Shown: positions 1-9,712, numbered from the stretch's first letter. The stretch is DNA of 64,000 bases from Phycisphaerales bacterium (GCA_027451365.1 DAIDJN010000056.1:1-64000); one strand, 5' to 3'. The notes: generated by a model not told the origin, from the letters alone. Numbers and translations are program-made.

Positions 1-439
1 GGAGCGGATTGAAACAGAAAGAGAACAGATCAGCGGCCTCTGGGCAGTAGTTCTCCGTGGCCACCGGCCACGGAGCGGATTGAAACTCAATGATCGATTC
101 CAGTACATCCGACCGCAAAGTTCTCCGTGGCCACCGGCCACGGAGCGGATTGAAACTTTGGAACCGTTGCGAAATTGGGCATGAATAATCGTTCTCCGTG
201 GCCACCGGCCACGGAGCGGATTGAAACCAACTGGTTTGATAGTTTTGGACAATGGTACTTGTTCTCCGTGGCCACCGGCCACGGAGCGGATTGAAACCAT
301 TCCGGTCGTGTGACCCTTATTTTCAGCGTGAGTTCTCCGTGGCCACCGGCCACGGAGCGGATTGAAACAATTGCTTTACGAGTGTGTAAGCAAAATGACT
401 GCGTTCTCCGTGGCCACCGACCACGGAGCGGATTACAAC
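1..439 (+). CRISPR. CRISPR array, trailer end; 37-bp repeat GTTCTCCGTGGCCACCGGCCACGGAGCGGATTGAAAC
   Basis: Partial repeat at 1-15; full repeats at 50-86, 120-156, 191-227, 261-297 and 332-368; degenerate terminal repeat at 403-439 (...CACCGACCACGGAGCGGATTACAAC). Six unique spacers of 33-34 bp. The repeat has a perfect 10-bp stem (CTCCGTGGCC/GGCCACGGAG) and an ATTGAAAC 3' end. The array continues left of the window; no cas genes in the window. Confidence 0.98.
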
Positions 440-455
440 CACGGGGCGGCGGCTT

Positions 456-477
456 GTGGCGCAGACGTCCCGTCTGC
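456..477 (+). repeat. REP-like palindrome GTGGC-GCAGACG-TCC-CGTCTGC
   Basis: 7-3-7 hairpin preceded by GTGG; related copies at 39392-39413, 41630-41651, 34463-34484 and 34805-34826. Confidence 0.55.
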
Positions 478-534
478 TTTCGTTCCAATGGGCCTGCGCC
501 GCCGCGCAGATTGACGCGTGGCGGAATGATGAAA

Positions 535-2367
535 TTATTCCACCGTGACGCTTTTGGCCAGATTGCGCGGTTTGTCCACGTTGCAGCCTCGGGCGACTGC
601 GGCGTGATATGCCAGCAGTTGCAATGGCATGACAGTAAGCAGTGGCTGGAGTGGTTCAATGGTATCCGGCACGGTGAAGACATGGTCGGCGACGGTGCGG
701 ATGTGTTCATCGCCTTCGGAGGCGACGGCAATAATGCGGCCGCCGCGGGCTTTGACTTCCTGAATATTGCCCAGAAGCTTTTCATATTGCGTGCCACGTG
801 TGGCGATGAACACAGCAGGCATGCCGGGGTTGATAAGCGCAATGGGACCATGCTTCATTTCGGCGGCGGGCAGACCTTCGGCATGAATATAGCTGATTTC
901 CTTAAGCTTCAAAGCCCCTTCCAGAGCGACGGGATAATTGAACCCGCGGCCTAAAAAGAGCCAGTTTTCCCGATGGCAGTATTGGGTGGTCACATCGCGA
1001 ATCTGCTGGCTTTGTTCCAGAACGTGGCGCATCTGTTCGGGAATTCGTTCAAGAGCGGCCAGAAACTGATCAAGTACGGACTGGGACATATATTTTCGGC
1101 GGGCGATGGACAGGGCCAGTAGAATTTCAACCACAATCTGTCCGCAGAATGCCTTGGTGCTCGCGACGCCAATTTCCGGCCCCACGTGCAGATAAATGCC
1201 GGCGTCGGTTTCCCGAGCAATGGTGCTGCCGACGACATTCACAATACCCAGGCTCATGGCACCGCGATCTTTGGCTTCGCGCAGGGCGGCCAGCGTGTCC
1301 GCAGTTTCGCCGGACTGGCTGATGGCCAGCACAATGGTGCCATCTTCAATAATCGGGTTGCGGTAACGGAATTCGCTGGCGTATTCAACTTCTGTGGGAA
1401 TTTTGGCCAGCTCTTCAAAAAGAAATTCCCCCACCAGACCCGCGTGCCATGCGGTGCCGCAGCCGGTGATAATAATGCGGCGGGCGCGCACAATATCGCG
1501 GCTAAGCTGGGATATCCCGCCAAGCACGACGCGTCCTTCGTTTTTATCCACCCGGCCGCGCAGGCAATTGGCGATGGCTTCGGGCTGTTCAAAAATTTCC
1601 TTAAGCATGAAATGGGTAAATCCGCCAAGTTCAATCTGCTGAAGTGAAAATTCGACTTCCTTCACACTTTTGGTGACGGGAATATCGTCAATGGTAGTGG
1701 TGGTGAACGACTTGGGTGTGAGGAGCGCCATTTCATTGTCGTTCAGATAAACCACCTGGGTGGTATGTTCGACAATGGCCGCCGCATCAGAAGCGACGAT
1801 GTATTCATCCTTGCCGACGCCGATAATCAGCGGCGAACCGCGGCGGGCGACCACCAGATGGTCAGGTTCATCTTTGGCCATCACGGCAATGCCGTAGGTG
1901 CCGCGAATTTCATGAAGTGCGGCCTGCACCGCCTTAATAAGGTTTCCCTGGTAAAAGTGTCCGATCAGCATGGCCAGGACTTCGGTATCTGTCTGTGTGC
2001 TGAAGGTGTGTCCTTTTTCCTGCAGGAACTGTTTAATGGCGGAATAATTTTCAATAATGCCGTTGTGGACCAGGGCAATCGTGCCGCGGTCGTCTGTGTG
2101 GGGGTGGGCATTGCATTCGGTTGGCGCGCCATGGGTTGCCCAGCGGGTGTGGGCCATTCCGATGTGCCCGTGCGGGACATTTTTTTCCTCATCCAGAGCG
2201 GCTTCCAGCACGCTTATGCGTCCGGCGGCCTTGCGAATGAAAAACCCGTTGGGTCCGCCTATGCAGATGCCGGAGGAATCGTACCCGCGGTACTCCAGGC
2301 GCTTAAGCCCTTCAAGCAAAAGTGAATTGACCTGCTTTTTACCAACATAGGCCACGATTCCGCACAT
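535..2367 (-). CDS. glmS: glutamine--fructose-6-phosphate aminotransferase (isomerizing)
   Basis: N-terminal MCGIV (catalytic Cys), LEYRGYDS, HTRWATHG, SQSGETADT and C-terminal PRNLAKSVTVE. Start placed at ATG 2367 behind an AGGAG RBS. Confidence 0.98.
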   Translation of the reverse strand: MCGIVAYVGKKQVNSLLLEGLKRLEYRGYDSSGICIGGPNGFFIRKAAGRISVLEAALDEEKNVPHGHIGMAHTRWATHGAPTECNAHPHTDDRGTIALVHNGIIENYSAIKQFLQEKGHTFSTQTDTEVLAMLIGHFYQGNLIKAVQAALHEIRGTYGIAVMAKDEPDHLVVARRGSPLIIGVGKDEYIVASDAAAIVEHTTQVVYLNDNEMALLTPKSFTTTTIDDIPVTKSVKEVEFSLQQIELGGFTHFMLKEIFEQPEAIANCLRGRVDKNEGRVVLGGISQLSRDIVRARRIIITGCGTAWHAGLVGEFLFEELAKIPTEVEYASEFRYRNPIIEDGTIVLAISQSGETADTLAALREAKDRGAMSLGIVNVVGSTIARETDAGIYLHVGPEIGVASTKAFCGQIVVEILLALSIARRKYMSQSVLDQFLAALERIPEQMRHVLEQSQQIRDVTTQYCHRENWLFLGRGFNYPVALEGALKLKEISYIHAEGLPAAEMKHGPIALINPGMPAVFIATRGTQYEKLLGNIQEVKARGGRIIAVASEGDEHIRTVADHVFTVPDTIEPLQPLLTVMPLQLLAYHAAVARGCNVDKPRNLAKSVTVE

Positions 2368-2673
2368 GCCAACAAGCTCCTGTATGCCACCAGACCCGAA
2401 TCTTACCTTAAAGGTTATCGGAATAACCTCACCGCATACTATAGCACAATTTGTCCGGAGAAAGGCGTTTAATATGGAAGGAAAAGGAAAAGGTCGATTT
2501 TGGGCAGACCGACGTATTGCGCGGGTTTCAACCGAGGCAGGCCGGGTTTCCCCGGATGTTTCCAATTTTAATTGGATTTCGAGAAATTGGCGCCGCCATT
2601 TCCTAAATTCGCGATGTTGCTAGAATGGATTCGCATACAAAAGTTTAACGGGCGGCCAAACAGGAGTTCTTGC

Positions 2674-4737
2674 ATGAATCCTTTGCCAAGTTACCGACCG
2701 GAGCAAATTCGCAACATTGTTCTGCTGGGGCACGCGGGCGCGGGCAAAACCACACTTGCCGAGGCGATTGCCCACCGCTGCGGGGTTACCACGCGCATGG
2801 GTTCGGTGGAAGAGTCGAACACCATTTCGGATTTTGAACCCGAGGCGCGGCTGCATAAGCATTCCACGAATTCGGTCCTTATGTTTGCCAACTACAAGAA
2901 CCGGGAAATTAATCTGATTGATACTCCCGGCTACCCCGATTTTGTCGGCCAGGCGCTGGCGGCGATGTCCGCGGTGGAAACGGCCGTGCTTGTGGTCAAC
3001 GCGGTGCAGGGCGTGGAATTCAACACGCGGCGGCTGTTTGGTGCGGCGGGTGAAATGGGGCTGGCCCGCATGATTGTGGTAAACCGGATCGACCAGGTCC
3101 GGAATCCCGGGGCGCTGGTGGAACAGATAAAAAGCAGTCTGGGTTCGCAACTTCACTGCATTAACCTGCCGTGCGGCAACGGAACGGATGTCATTGACTG
3201 TTTTGAAGAACAGACGGGCAATGCGGATTTCGGGTCTGTGGCGGAAATTCACCGGGAAATGGTGGAATCTGTTGTGGAGGTGGATGACGCCCAGATGGAA
3301 AAATATCTGGGGGGCGAACCGATTGACCTTCCGGAGCTGCGCCGCTGCTTTATTCAGGCGATGACAACCGGTCATGTGGTACCGATTTTATTTACCAGCG
3401 CTAAAACCGGCGCGGGCATCGACGACCTGTTGCATATTGTGGTGGAAGATTTACCTTCACCGGTCAGTGGCCGGGCGAAGCGGTTGCATATGGGTGAAGG
3501 AAAAGCAACGGCGGAAGCGGGGGGGCTGGTGGAATTTCCGGCGGACCCGGACGCTCCGCTGCTGGCGCATGTGTTCAAAGTGACCAGCGACCCGTATGTG
3601 GGAAAGCTATGCATGATGCGCATCATTCAGGGGAAACTGGAGGCTTCCACCGCGTTTGTGTATGGGGCGGAAAAACGCACCCACAAGGCGGGCCATGTGC
3701 TGAAAGTGGAGGGAAGAGAGCATCCGGAGGCATCGGTGGCGTACGCCGGCGATATTGTGGCGGTGGCCAAGCTGGATGACCTGCATGTGGACGCGGTGGT
3801 TCATGCGCCGGGCGCGGCGAACAACCTGCGGCCGGTGCTGCCGCGATATCCAACGCCGATGTTTTCAGTGGCGGTAACGCCGAAATCCCGTGGCGATGAG
3901 GTAAAAATTTCGGCGGCGCTTTCAAAATTAATGGAAGATGATCCGACGTTTCGGGCGTCGCACGATCCGCAGACGCACGAACTGGTGATTCATGGACTGG
4001 GCGATCTGCATTTACGGGTGATGCTGGAAAAAATGAAAAATCGCTTTAACCTGGATGTTTCTGCGGCTCCGCCGCGGATCGCGTATCGCGAAAGCATAGC
4101 GACCCGAGCGGAAGGGCATTACCGGCATAAGAAGCAGTCGGGCGGCGCGGGGCAGTTTGGCGAAGTGTACCTGCGGGTGGAACCGCTGGAGCGTGGCAAT
4201 GGTTTTGAATTTGTGAATGATATATTCGGGGGCACTATTCCGGTGCAGTACATTGCGTCTGTGGAAAAAGGCGTGCACGACGCAATTGAACGCGGGCCGC
4301 TGGCCGGTTATCCGGTGCAGGATGTGCGCGTGATTGTGTACGATGGCAAAAGCCATCCGGTGGATTCCAAGGACATTGCGTTCCGGATAGCGGGCAAGAT
4401 GGCGTTTCATGACGCATTGCTGAAGGCCAGGCCGGTACTGCTTGAGCCATTGGTTTCACTGGAAGTGGTCGTGCCCGAATCGCATCTGGGTTCGACGACC
4501 GGTGATTTGAACGGCCGGCGTGGCCGGATTAACGGCACTGATTTACTGCCCGGCGGGCTGGCGGTCATTCGCGCCACTGCGCCGCTGGCCGAGCTGACGC
4601 AATACGACAGTCAGTTACGGAGTGCGACGGGCGGACAGGGAAGTTTTGTAATGGAATTTTCACATTATGATGCGGTTCCGCCCGCATTGCAGATAAAAAT
4701 AGCCAGTCAGTACAAGGCCGCCGTACCGGAAGACTGA
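2674..4737 (+). CDS. fusA: elongation factor G paralog (EF-G2-like)
   Basis: GHAGAGKT, DTPG, KKQSGGAGQFGEV and SHPVDS motifs. Divergent switch I and G4 (NRID) indicate the secondary EF-G type. Confidence 0.9.
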   Translation: MNPLPSYRPEQIRNIVLLGHAGAGKTTLAEAIAHRCGVTTRMGSVEESNTISDFEPEARLHKHSTNSVLMFANYKNREINLIDTPGYPDFVGQALAAMSAVETAVLVVNAVQGVEFNTRRLFGAAGEMGLARMIVVNRIDQVRNPGALVEQIKSSLGSQLHCINLPCGNGTDVIDCFEEQTGNADFGSVAEIHREMVESVVEVDDAQMEKYLGGEPIDLPELRRCFIQAMTTGHVVPILFTSAKTGAGIDDLLHIVVEDLPSPVSGRAKRLHMGEGKATAEAGGLVEFPADPDAPLLAHVFKVTSDPYVGKLCMMRIIQGKLEASTAFVYGAEKRTHKAGHVLKVEGREHPEASVAYAGDIVAVAKLDDLHVDAVVHAPGAANNLRPVLPRYPTPMFSVAVTPKSRGDEVKISAALSKLMEDDPTFRASHDPQTHELVIHGLGDLHLRVMLEKMKNRFNLDVSAAPPRIAYRESIATRAEGHYRHKKQSGGAGQFGEVYLRVEPLERGNGFEFVNDIFGGTIPVQYIASVEKGVHDAIERGPLAGYPVQDVRVIVYDGKSHPVDSKDIAFRIAGKMAFHDALLKARPVLLEPLVSLEVVVPESHLGSTTGDLNGRRGRINGTDLLPGGLAVIRATAPLAELTQYDSQLRSATGGQGSFVMEFSHYDAVPPALQIKIASQYKAAVPED

Positions 4738-4900
4738 AAACAATGAACCGTGGCCGATGCATAACGAATCATATTCGATGAACGGATGAATTATCATCCA
4801 TATTCAAAGATAAAAAAGCCCATGTGCAACGCACGCGGGTCGATGCGCAACTGGAAGTGCGGATGTTTCGTCCTGGGATTCGGCGGAGGTTGAGCAATGC

Positions 4901-4936
4901 AAAAAGAGCCTGCCGCACATATTGTGAGGCAGGCTC
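4901..4936 (-). terminator. intrinsic terminator for the minus-strand small ORF at 5036-5107
   Basis: GAGCCTGCC (4906-4914) pairs with GGCAGGCTC (4928-4936), with extra inner pairing; followed by a T5 run on the minus strand. Confidence 0.65.
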
Positions 4937-5035
4937 CTGAAAGGAGAGTCATTCCAGTTTAACCACGCTGTTTTCAATGCACAGGATGGAAAATTCCATC
5001 TGCCACCGGCGGTTAATGTATCGGAATGGAGTCAA

Positions 5036-5107
5036 TTATTTTTTCTTGCCGGCGGCTTTTTTCGGCTTTTTGACTTCCTTCTTGCGTGCGTTGTTTCCTT
5101 TTGCCAT
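5036..5107 (-). CDS. 23-aa Lys-rich small protein MAKGNNARKKEVKKPKKAAGKKK (not in ORF track)
   Basis: AAGGAGAAG RBS before the ATG, TTTACG-N17-TATAAC promoter at 5201-5229 and a downstream terminator. Confidence 0.7.
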   Translation of the reverse strand: MAKGNNARKKEVKKPKKAAGKKK

Positions 5108-5200
5108 GGTACTTCTCCTTGAAAGAGGACTCGAATAATTTGAAAAATCGCTACATCACGATCTTTCTTCGGGCGGAAGCCCGATTACGAAAACACTAAC

Positions 5201-5229
5201 GTTATATGCTTTATCGGACGAATCGTAAA
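5201..5229 (-). promoter_or_regulatory. sigma70-like promoter TTTACG-N17-TATAAC
   Basis: Read directly on the minus strand, upstream of the 23-aa ORF. Confidence 0.5.
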
Positions 5230-6073
5230 CCATTTATGAATTAATTTTCAGTTTTTTATCCATGACGATATTGGCGGCGATATCCGCCAGCGGGCCGTGA
5301 CCGCGAAAAACTGAATTCTTTCTGGCGCTCGGTCAAACCTGATTTGCGGAATTGATCGACCACCCGATGCCTGGCCTGATGAAAATCCGGCCGCTTCGCG
5401 TGCTCGTCGTGTGTACTTTAGAGTCTGAATCTGTTGCGGCGGCAAATCGGTGTAGTCTCATTTGGGGTTTGATTATCAATCACCGACCGAACCATGAATG
5501 ACAGGGATTAAACGGATAAAGGTCATGTACCAACTGGCGATCGTGACAACAGATACCTGCATCCGCGATGTTACCGAGTATATTCGCGCCAGGATTGGTT
5601 GCGACACAGCCGCACTGTGTCATCCGTGAAGTAACAGGTTTCGCGGGCGCATCGCGCGGCGGGCATACGCCGCTAAACGGCAACGGAATGCTGAAAACCG
5701 TTCCGTATGTAGGTGTTGTTTCAGCAGCGCGACAAAAATGGGGTGAATTCACCGGTAGCCTGTTCGTCAGGTGACCCAATGCCAGGTCGGCCAATTTTTT
5801 TTGGCATCGCATTTAACCGGACATTGGGAAATGCCCTTGCCGCCGCCAAAACGCCGCCTGAGAAGGCGAAACCTGTGTGCGCACCGCAAATATCGACAGA
5901 GCGCCAATGGCGACGAAGGCTGTCCAAATTGATCAGAGGCGTATGAATGGGATTGGGCGTGCCGAAAATTTGCCGCCGGGGAGCCTGCGGATTAAACTAA
6001 AGGGGCACAGGGTAGCGCTGACGGGCATTGTTTGCGTATCCGATTTTGTCGCCGTTATTTATCAGGAGCCGCT

Positions 6074-6799
6074 ATGGCCGGTCCGGACGATATCTCTCAA
6101 AACAAGAACAACGGCAAACCGCCGACCGATGCCTTGGCGGCGCTGCATTCCATGGGAGTTCCGCCGGAAAAAAAAGACAGTGAATCGCGTGAAAATTCAA
6201 CAGGCAGCGCCACTGGCTTTGCGGCAATGCTGGCCAGGGGAAATCAGGAGGAGACGTCGCCTCTGCCTTCGTCGAGTACGATGGGTGGATCGGCCGCGGG
6301 TTCGGCAGTCGGTGGCGGAAATACTGAATCTGCGCAAGTGCGACCGGTTCGCAAGCGCCCGGAGTTCGCCGAACTTCCGGAAGCCAAACTGATTGAAGTG
6401 ACGGATGAACCTCCGCCAGAGGAAGATGCCGGTTCATCCCTGGCGGCGATGGCGGCGATGGGTTCGGCCGCCCCCACCGATTCGCGTGTTGCCGCGCGGC
6501 CACCTCAACTGACCGGATTCCGAAAAAAATCCGGCCCGCCGGACTGGTACAAATTCGCCATACCCATCATGCTCGGCATTGGTGGAATGCTTTTGCTGAT
6601 AGGAATATGGTCACTGCTGGTGCTGGCTGGCGCGGCGGTGCCGCTGGTGCCGCGGCACCATTCGGGTCGCGACTGGCGGAATATTCAATGGCTGGCGGAA
6701 GTGATGCTGCTGTGCCTGCCGGTTAGTGCGGCGATGCTGGGGCTGGGCGGATTCATGGTCTACCGCATGATGCAATTATCTCCCGCCGCCAAAGACTGA
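6074..6799 (+). CDS. hypothetical membrane protein (disordered N-terminus, two C-terminal TM helices)
   Basis: CAGGAG RBS before MAGPDD; Ser/Pro/Ala-rich N-terminus; hydrophobic stretches FAIPIMLGIGGMLLLIGIWSLLVLAG and WLAEVMLLCLPVSAAMLGLGGFMVY. Confidence 0.65.
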   Translation: MAGPDDISQNKNNGKPPTDALAALHSMGVPPEKKDSESRENSTGSATGFAAMLARGNQEETSPLPSSSTMGGSAAGSAVGGGNTESAQVRPVRKRPEFAELPEAKLIEVTDEPPPEEDAGSSLAAMAAMGSAAPTDSRVAARPPQLTGFRKKSGPPDWYKFAIPIMLGIGGMLLLIGIWSLLVLAGAAVPLVPRHHSGRDWRNIQWLAEVMLLCLPVSAAMLGLGGFMVYRMMQLSPAAKD

Positions 6800-7179
6800 A
6801 ACAGAACGCGATGGCGGACGGTCAATCGATGATTTAACCGACGGGCAAGAGGTTGACTTTTCCCGGCGGGACCAGTGGATCAAGAGAGTTGAGATTCCAG
6901 CGGTTGGGGCATTTTTTAACACTTTTGCCGTGAATTCCACGGCTGGCGCGCAGCTGCTTTCGAGCCACAGGCGCGACATGAAGCCGGCGCGCGCCGCTGG
7001 GCGCGGGTGTCGTTCATTTCAAATTTTTATTGCGCGGGCGGTTATCGCCCGGGGCCGATCGCTATGAATATGTACAGGCATCAGATGCTTTTCGACCGGT
7101 GGCGAAGATGGACCCCGGCGTGCGGCATGATTCTGCCGGGTTGCGACAGGTCATTGGATAAGCAGTTAAAGGATTTCAA

Positions 7180-8535
7180 ATGAAAATAAAATTTACGCGC
7201 GAATATCTCGGCCAAAAAAAGGATGCAGTGGTTGAACTTCCGGATGATCAGGCCAAACCGCTGATTGGCAGCGGCACCGCCGAGGCAATAGCCGCTGTTC
7301 CGGCGGACCTTGAAGAGGCTCTGGGCGTGATGCACAAGGCGATGAACGAGCAGTTGGAAACTGCGGCGCAGCGCATCACCGGGCAGGTCATTGAGCAGGT
7401 TTCCCGCGGTTTAAAGGGGATTCGGCCGACACTGGTGATCGGCCCGGACCGTGCGGATCTTGACCCTACGGGCGGTTTTAGGAATCTTGGAGAATTCGCC
7501 CAGGCGGTTCGTCGCCATTTCACGCACAAATCCACTGATGAACGCATTAAACGCATGATGACCAAGGCCGATGGCATGGATGAAACCACGCAGGCGGATG
7601 GCGGAGCGCTGGTGCCAACCGAATATGCGAATCAGTTGTACCGGGATGTGCTGGCCGAGTCGGTGCTGTTTGACAAGGCCCGCAAATATCCGATCAGCAT
7701 GGGCAATTCACTTTATATTCCGGTTCGCAGCATTACGGAACTTGGCATCACCGCCGCTTCAGGCGGGTCGCTGGGCGCGTGGCTGAATGCGGATGGCGTT
7801 TCCATTGGCGCCCAGAAGCCCGTCTACAACCGCGTGCAAATGACGCTTAACCGCTGGGGCGCCCTGCTGCCGGTAACCGACGAGTTGCTGGCCGACAACA
7901 ATGTGGCGCTTTCCAATTTCATTCTGGATGAAGGCGGCATCGCGCTGGCCTGGGATTTGAATCAGGCCATGCTTACCGGCACCGGCGCGGCGCAGCCTCA
8001 GGGGATATTGAATTCGCCGGCGCTGGTAACCGCGGCCGCGGACGCGGGGCAGGCAAACTTCACCATCAGCTACAGCAATCTGGTGAATATGAAAAGCCAT
8101 CTATGGACCCCCCGTCCCGGTGACCTTTCCGGCGTGGTGTGGATCGCGCATCCGGATGCCGAAGCGCAGTTTGAACAGTTGAAGGATGGTGCGGGACGGA
8201 ATCTGTATTTTGCCGCCGGCACCATTCAGCAGTCGCCACAGGGACGGCTATTCGGTCTGCCCGTGGTGTACAGCTACCACTGTTATCCGGTGGGGAATCC
8301 AGGTGATGTCATTCTGGCGGACCTGAACCAATATTTTGTTTCCACGAAGGCGGGTGGCGGGATTGAAACCGCCATGTCCATGCACCTGTATTTTGACAGT
8401 GCGGAAACCGCATACCGGATCATTTACCGCGTGGATGGCAAGGTGGCGCGGAATGCCCCGCTGACTGTTCCCAACAGTGGAAATCTGCGCAGCGGATTTG
8501 TTTCCCTGGCGGCCCGCGGCGGCACGTTAAGCTAA
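7180..8535 (+). CDS. HK97-fold phage-type major capsid protein with N-terminal extension
   Basis: DGGALVPTEYA, VTDELLAD, LTGTGAAQPQGIL, LKDGAGRNLY, RLFGLPV, GDVILADL and YRIIYRVDG motifs typical of HK97-family capsid proteins; AAAGGA RBS. Confidence 0.93.
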   Translation: MKIKFTREYLGQKKDAVVELPDDQAKPLIGSGTAEAIAAVPADLEEALGVMHKAMNEQLETAAQRITGQVIEQVSRGLKGIRPTLVIGPDRADLDPTGGFRNLGEFAQAVRRHFTHKSTDERIKRMMTKADGMDETTQADGGALVPTEYANQLYRDVLAESVLFDKARKYPISMGNSLYIPVRSITELGITAASGGSLGAWLNADGVSIGAQKPVYNRVQMTLNRWGALLPVTDELLADNNVALSNFILDEGGIALAWDLNQAMLTGTGAAQPQGILNSPALVTAAADAGQANFTISYSNLVNMKSHLWTPRPGDLSGVVWIAHPDAEAQFEQLKDGAGRNLYFAAGTIQQSPQGRLFGLPVVYSYHCYPVGNPGDVILADLNQYFVSTKAGGGIETAMSMHLYFDSAETAYRIIYRVDGKVARNAPLTVPNSGNLRSGFVSLAARGGTLS

Positions 8536-8659
8536 GGCACATCTCTCTGACACCCGAATCCGGACCGGCCCGACTTTCATACTGCGATGAATTCGCGGCC
8601 GGTTCGGAGAGGGGCGTCTGTTTTCAGTGGTTTAAGACGCAACGCACAGGAGCATCCCG

Positions 8660-8989
8660 ATGGTTTCTTTTTCCGCATTGACCAGTCCGACCGCGGTGGA
8701 TGTGCTGACCGATGCACTGACACAATGGGCTGTTATCGGAGGCTTTTGTCTGGCGCTCGCGGGCAGCGTGGTAACGGTGATTGGCTTTGTCATCACACTC
8801 AAGGTGACGCAGCATGATCATGCCCGGCGGCTTTCAAGTCTGGAAACGGCGCTGCGGCAGTTCCTGGCGCGCATGGAAACACTGGAGCGCGGAATGGCCG
8901 TTCTGCTGCAACGGTCCGGGCGCAAGGCGGGCCACCTCCGGCTTTCGCGTCGCGCAGCCGGCGGACCGGTATCGGCCGGCGTGCCCTGA
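8660..8989 (+). CDS. small membrane protein, holin/XhlA-like (TM plus coiled coil plus basic tail)
   Basis: CAGGAG RBS; hydrophobic WAVIGGFCLALAGSVVTVIGFVITL followed by heptad-like RLSSLETALRQFLARMETLERG. Confidence 0.55.
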   Translation: MVSFSALTSPTAVDVLTDALTQWAVIGGFCLALAGSVVTVIGFVITLKVTQHDHARRLSSLETALRQFLARMETLERGMAVLLQRSGRKAGHLRLSRRAAGGPVSAGVP

Positions 8990-9043
8990 CCTTCGCGATC
9001 GGCCGCGGATATCCATTGACGCAACTTAAATGGAGATATTGAC

Positions 9044-9712
9044 ATGCAAAATTCATGTAATCAGGCACAGGTGTTAAAGCGGCCGGGTGGGGAAATGAGG
9101 ATGCCATCCCGCCGGCGCGCGGCGCGGGGGATTATGGTCGGGATTCTTGCCGGCGCCTGCTCGGCCGTCCTGGGGTGCGGGTCGGCCCCGCCGACCGTTG
9201 TACATACGGCGGATATGATGCCGCAGGTGCTTACGCTGGGAAAGGATATTCAGGCCGCACGCGGTCTGAACACCCAGGCCCAAAGTCTGGTCGTGGGGCT
9301 GGGGCCGCTGGTGTCGCCAACGGCCGTTGCGCCCCTGCACGCCACCCTGCGGCGGCAGGGAATTGTGCTGGTGCGGGCGGATGCAAACGCCGCGGTTCTA
9401 GCCCGTCAGGCATCGGAAAATGCTCACGCGCTTGCGGCAATGGAAAAGGCCACACGCAACGCGCGGGCCGCGGCCGCCAAAGCACTCGTGGACAAGCGGG
9501 CGGCGGACCGCCGCAGGGACGCGGCGATTCAGCAATATCAGCGGGCATGGATCGGTGGAAGAACCAAACGGCTGATTGCATGGGTCATCGGTTTGGGCGT
9601 GCTGCTGGTGGTGGGGGATTTTTTGATTTCAGCCATTTTTGGAGTCGGGTTTAATCCCCTGGAATGGATATTCAATTTGGCGCGGGCGGCCCACGCCCCG
9701 ACTCATGCATAG
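9044..9712 (+). CDS. lipoprotein with helical periplasmic region and C-terminal TM helix (spanin-like)
   Basis: Basic N-region, hydrophobic stretch and lipobox-like VLGC; Ala-rich coiled-coil middle; C-terminal RLIAWVIGLGVLLVVGDFLISAIFG. Confidence 0.6.
   Translation: MQNSCNQAQVLKRPGGEMRMPSRRRAARGIMVGILAGACSAVLGCGSAPPTVVHTADMMPQVLTLGKDIQAARGLNTQAQSLVVGLGPLVSPTAVAPLHATLRRQGIVLVRADANAAVLARQASENAHALAAMEKATRNARAAAAKALVDKRAADRRRDAAIQQYQRAWIGGRTKRLIAWVIGLGVLLVVGDFLISAIFGVGFNPLEWIFNLARAAHAPTHA

Noticed and set aside
16..402. Self-targeting spacers against the capsid operon or other parts of the window
   Set aside because: No convincing match found by eye; only short chance overlaps. A proper alignment is needed to exclude it.
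440..534. Tn7/CAST transposon end at the glmS attachment site
   Set aside because: No terminal TGT/ACA about 25 bp past the stop and no repeated TnsB-like sites; the gap is short and holds a REP-like hairpin.
87..954. ORFs 87-851 (-) and 310-954 (+)
   Set aside because: They are translations of CRISPR repeats or shadows of glmS.
2368..2470. glmS ribozyme
   Set aside because: The leader behind a TG-n-TATAGT promoter-like motif is short and lacks the recognisable conserved core.
5248..5946. Several overlapping 65-110-aa ORFs, one Cys/His-rich (5480-5812, minus strand)
   Set aside because: No RBS, motif or consistent frame; cannot be supported as genes or RiPP precursors.
8586..8600. GATGAATTCGCGGC after the capsid gene, resembling GATGATTCGCGGC upstream of the CI-like repressor
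   Set aside because: Too short and part of a GC-rich hairpin; chance similarity is likely.
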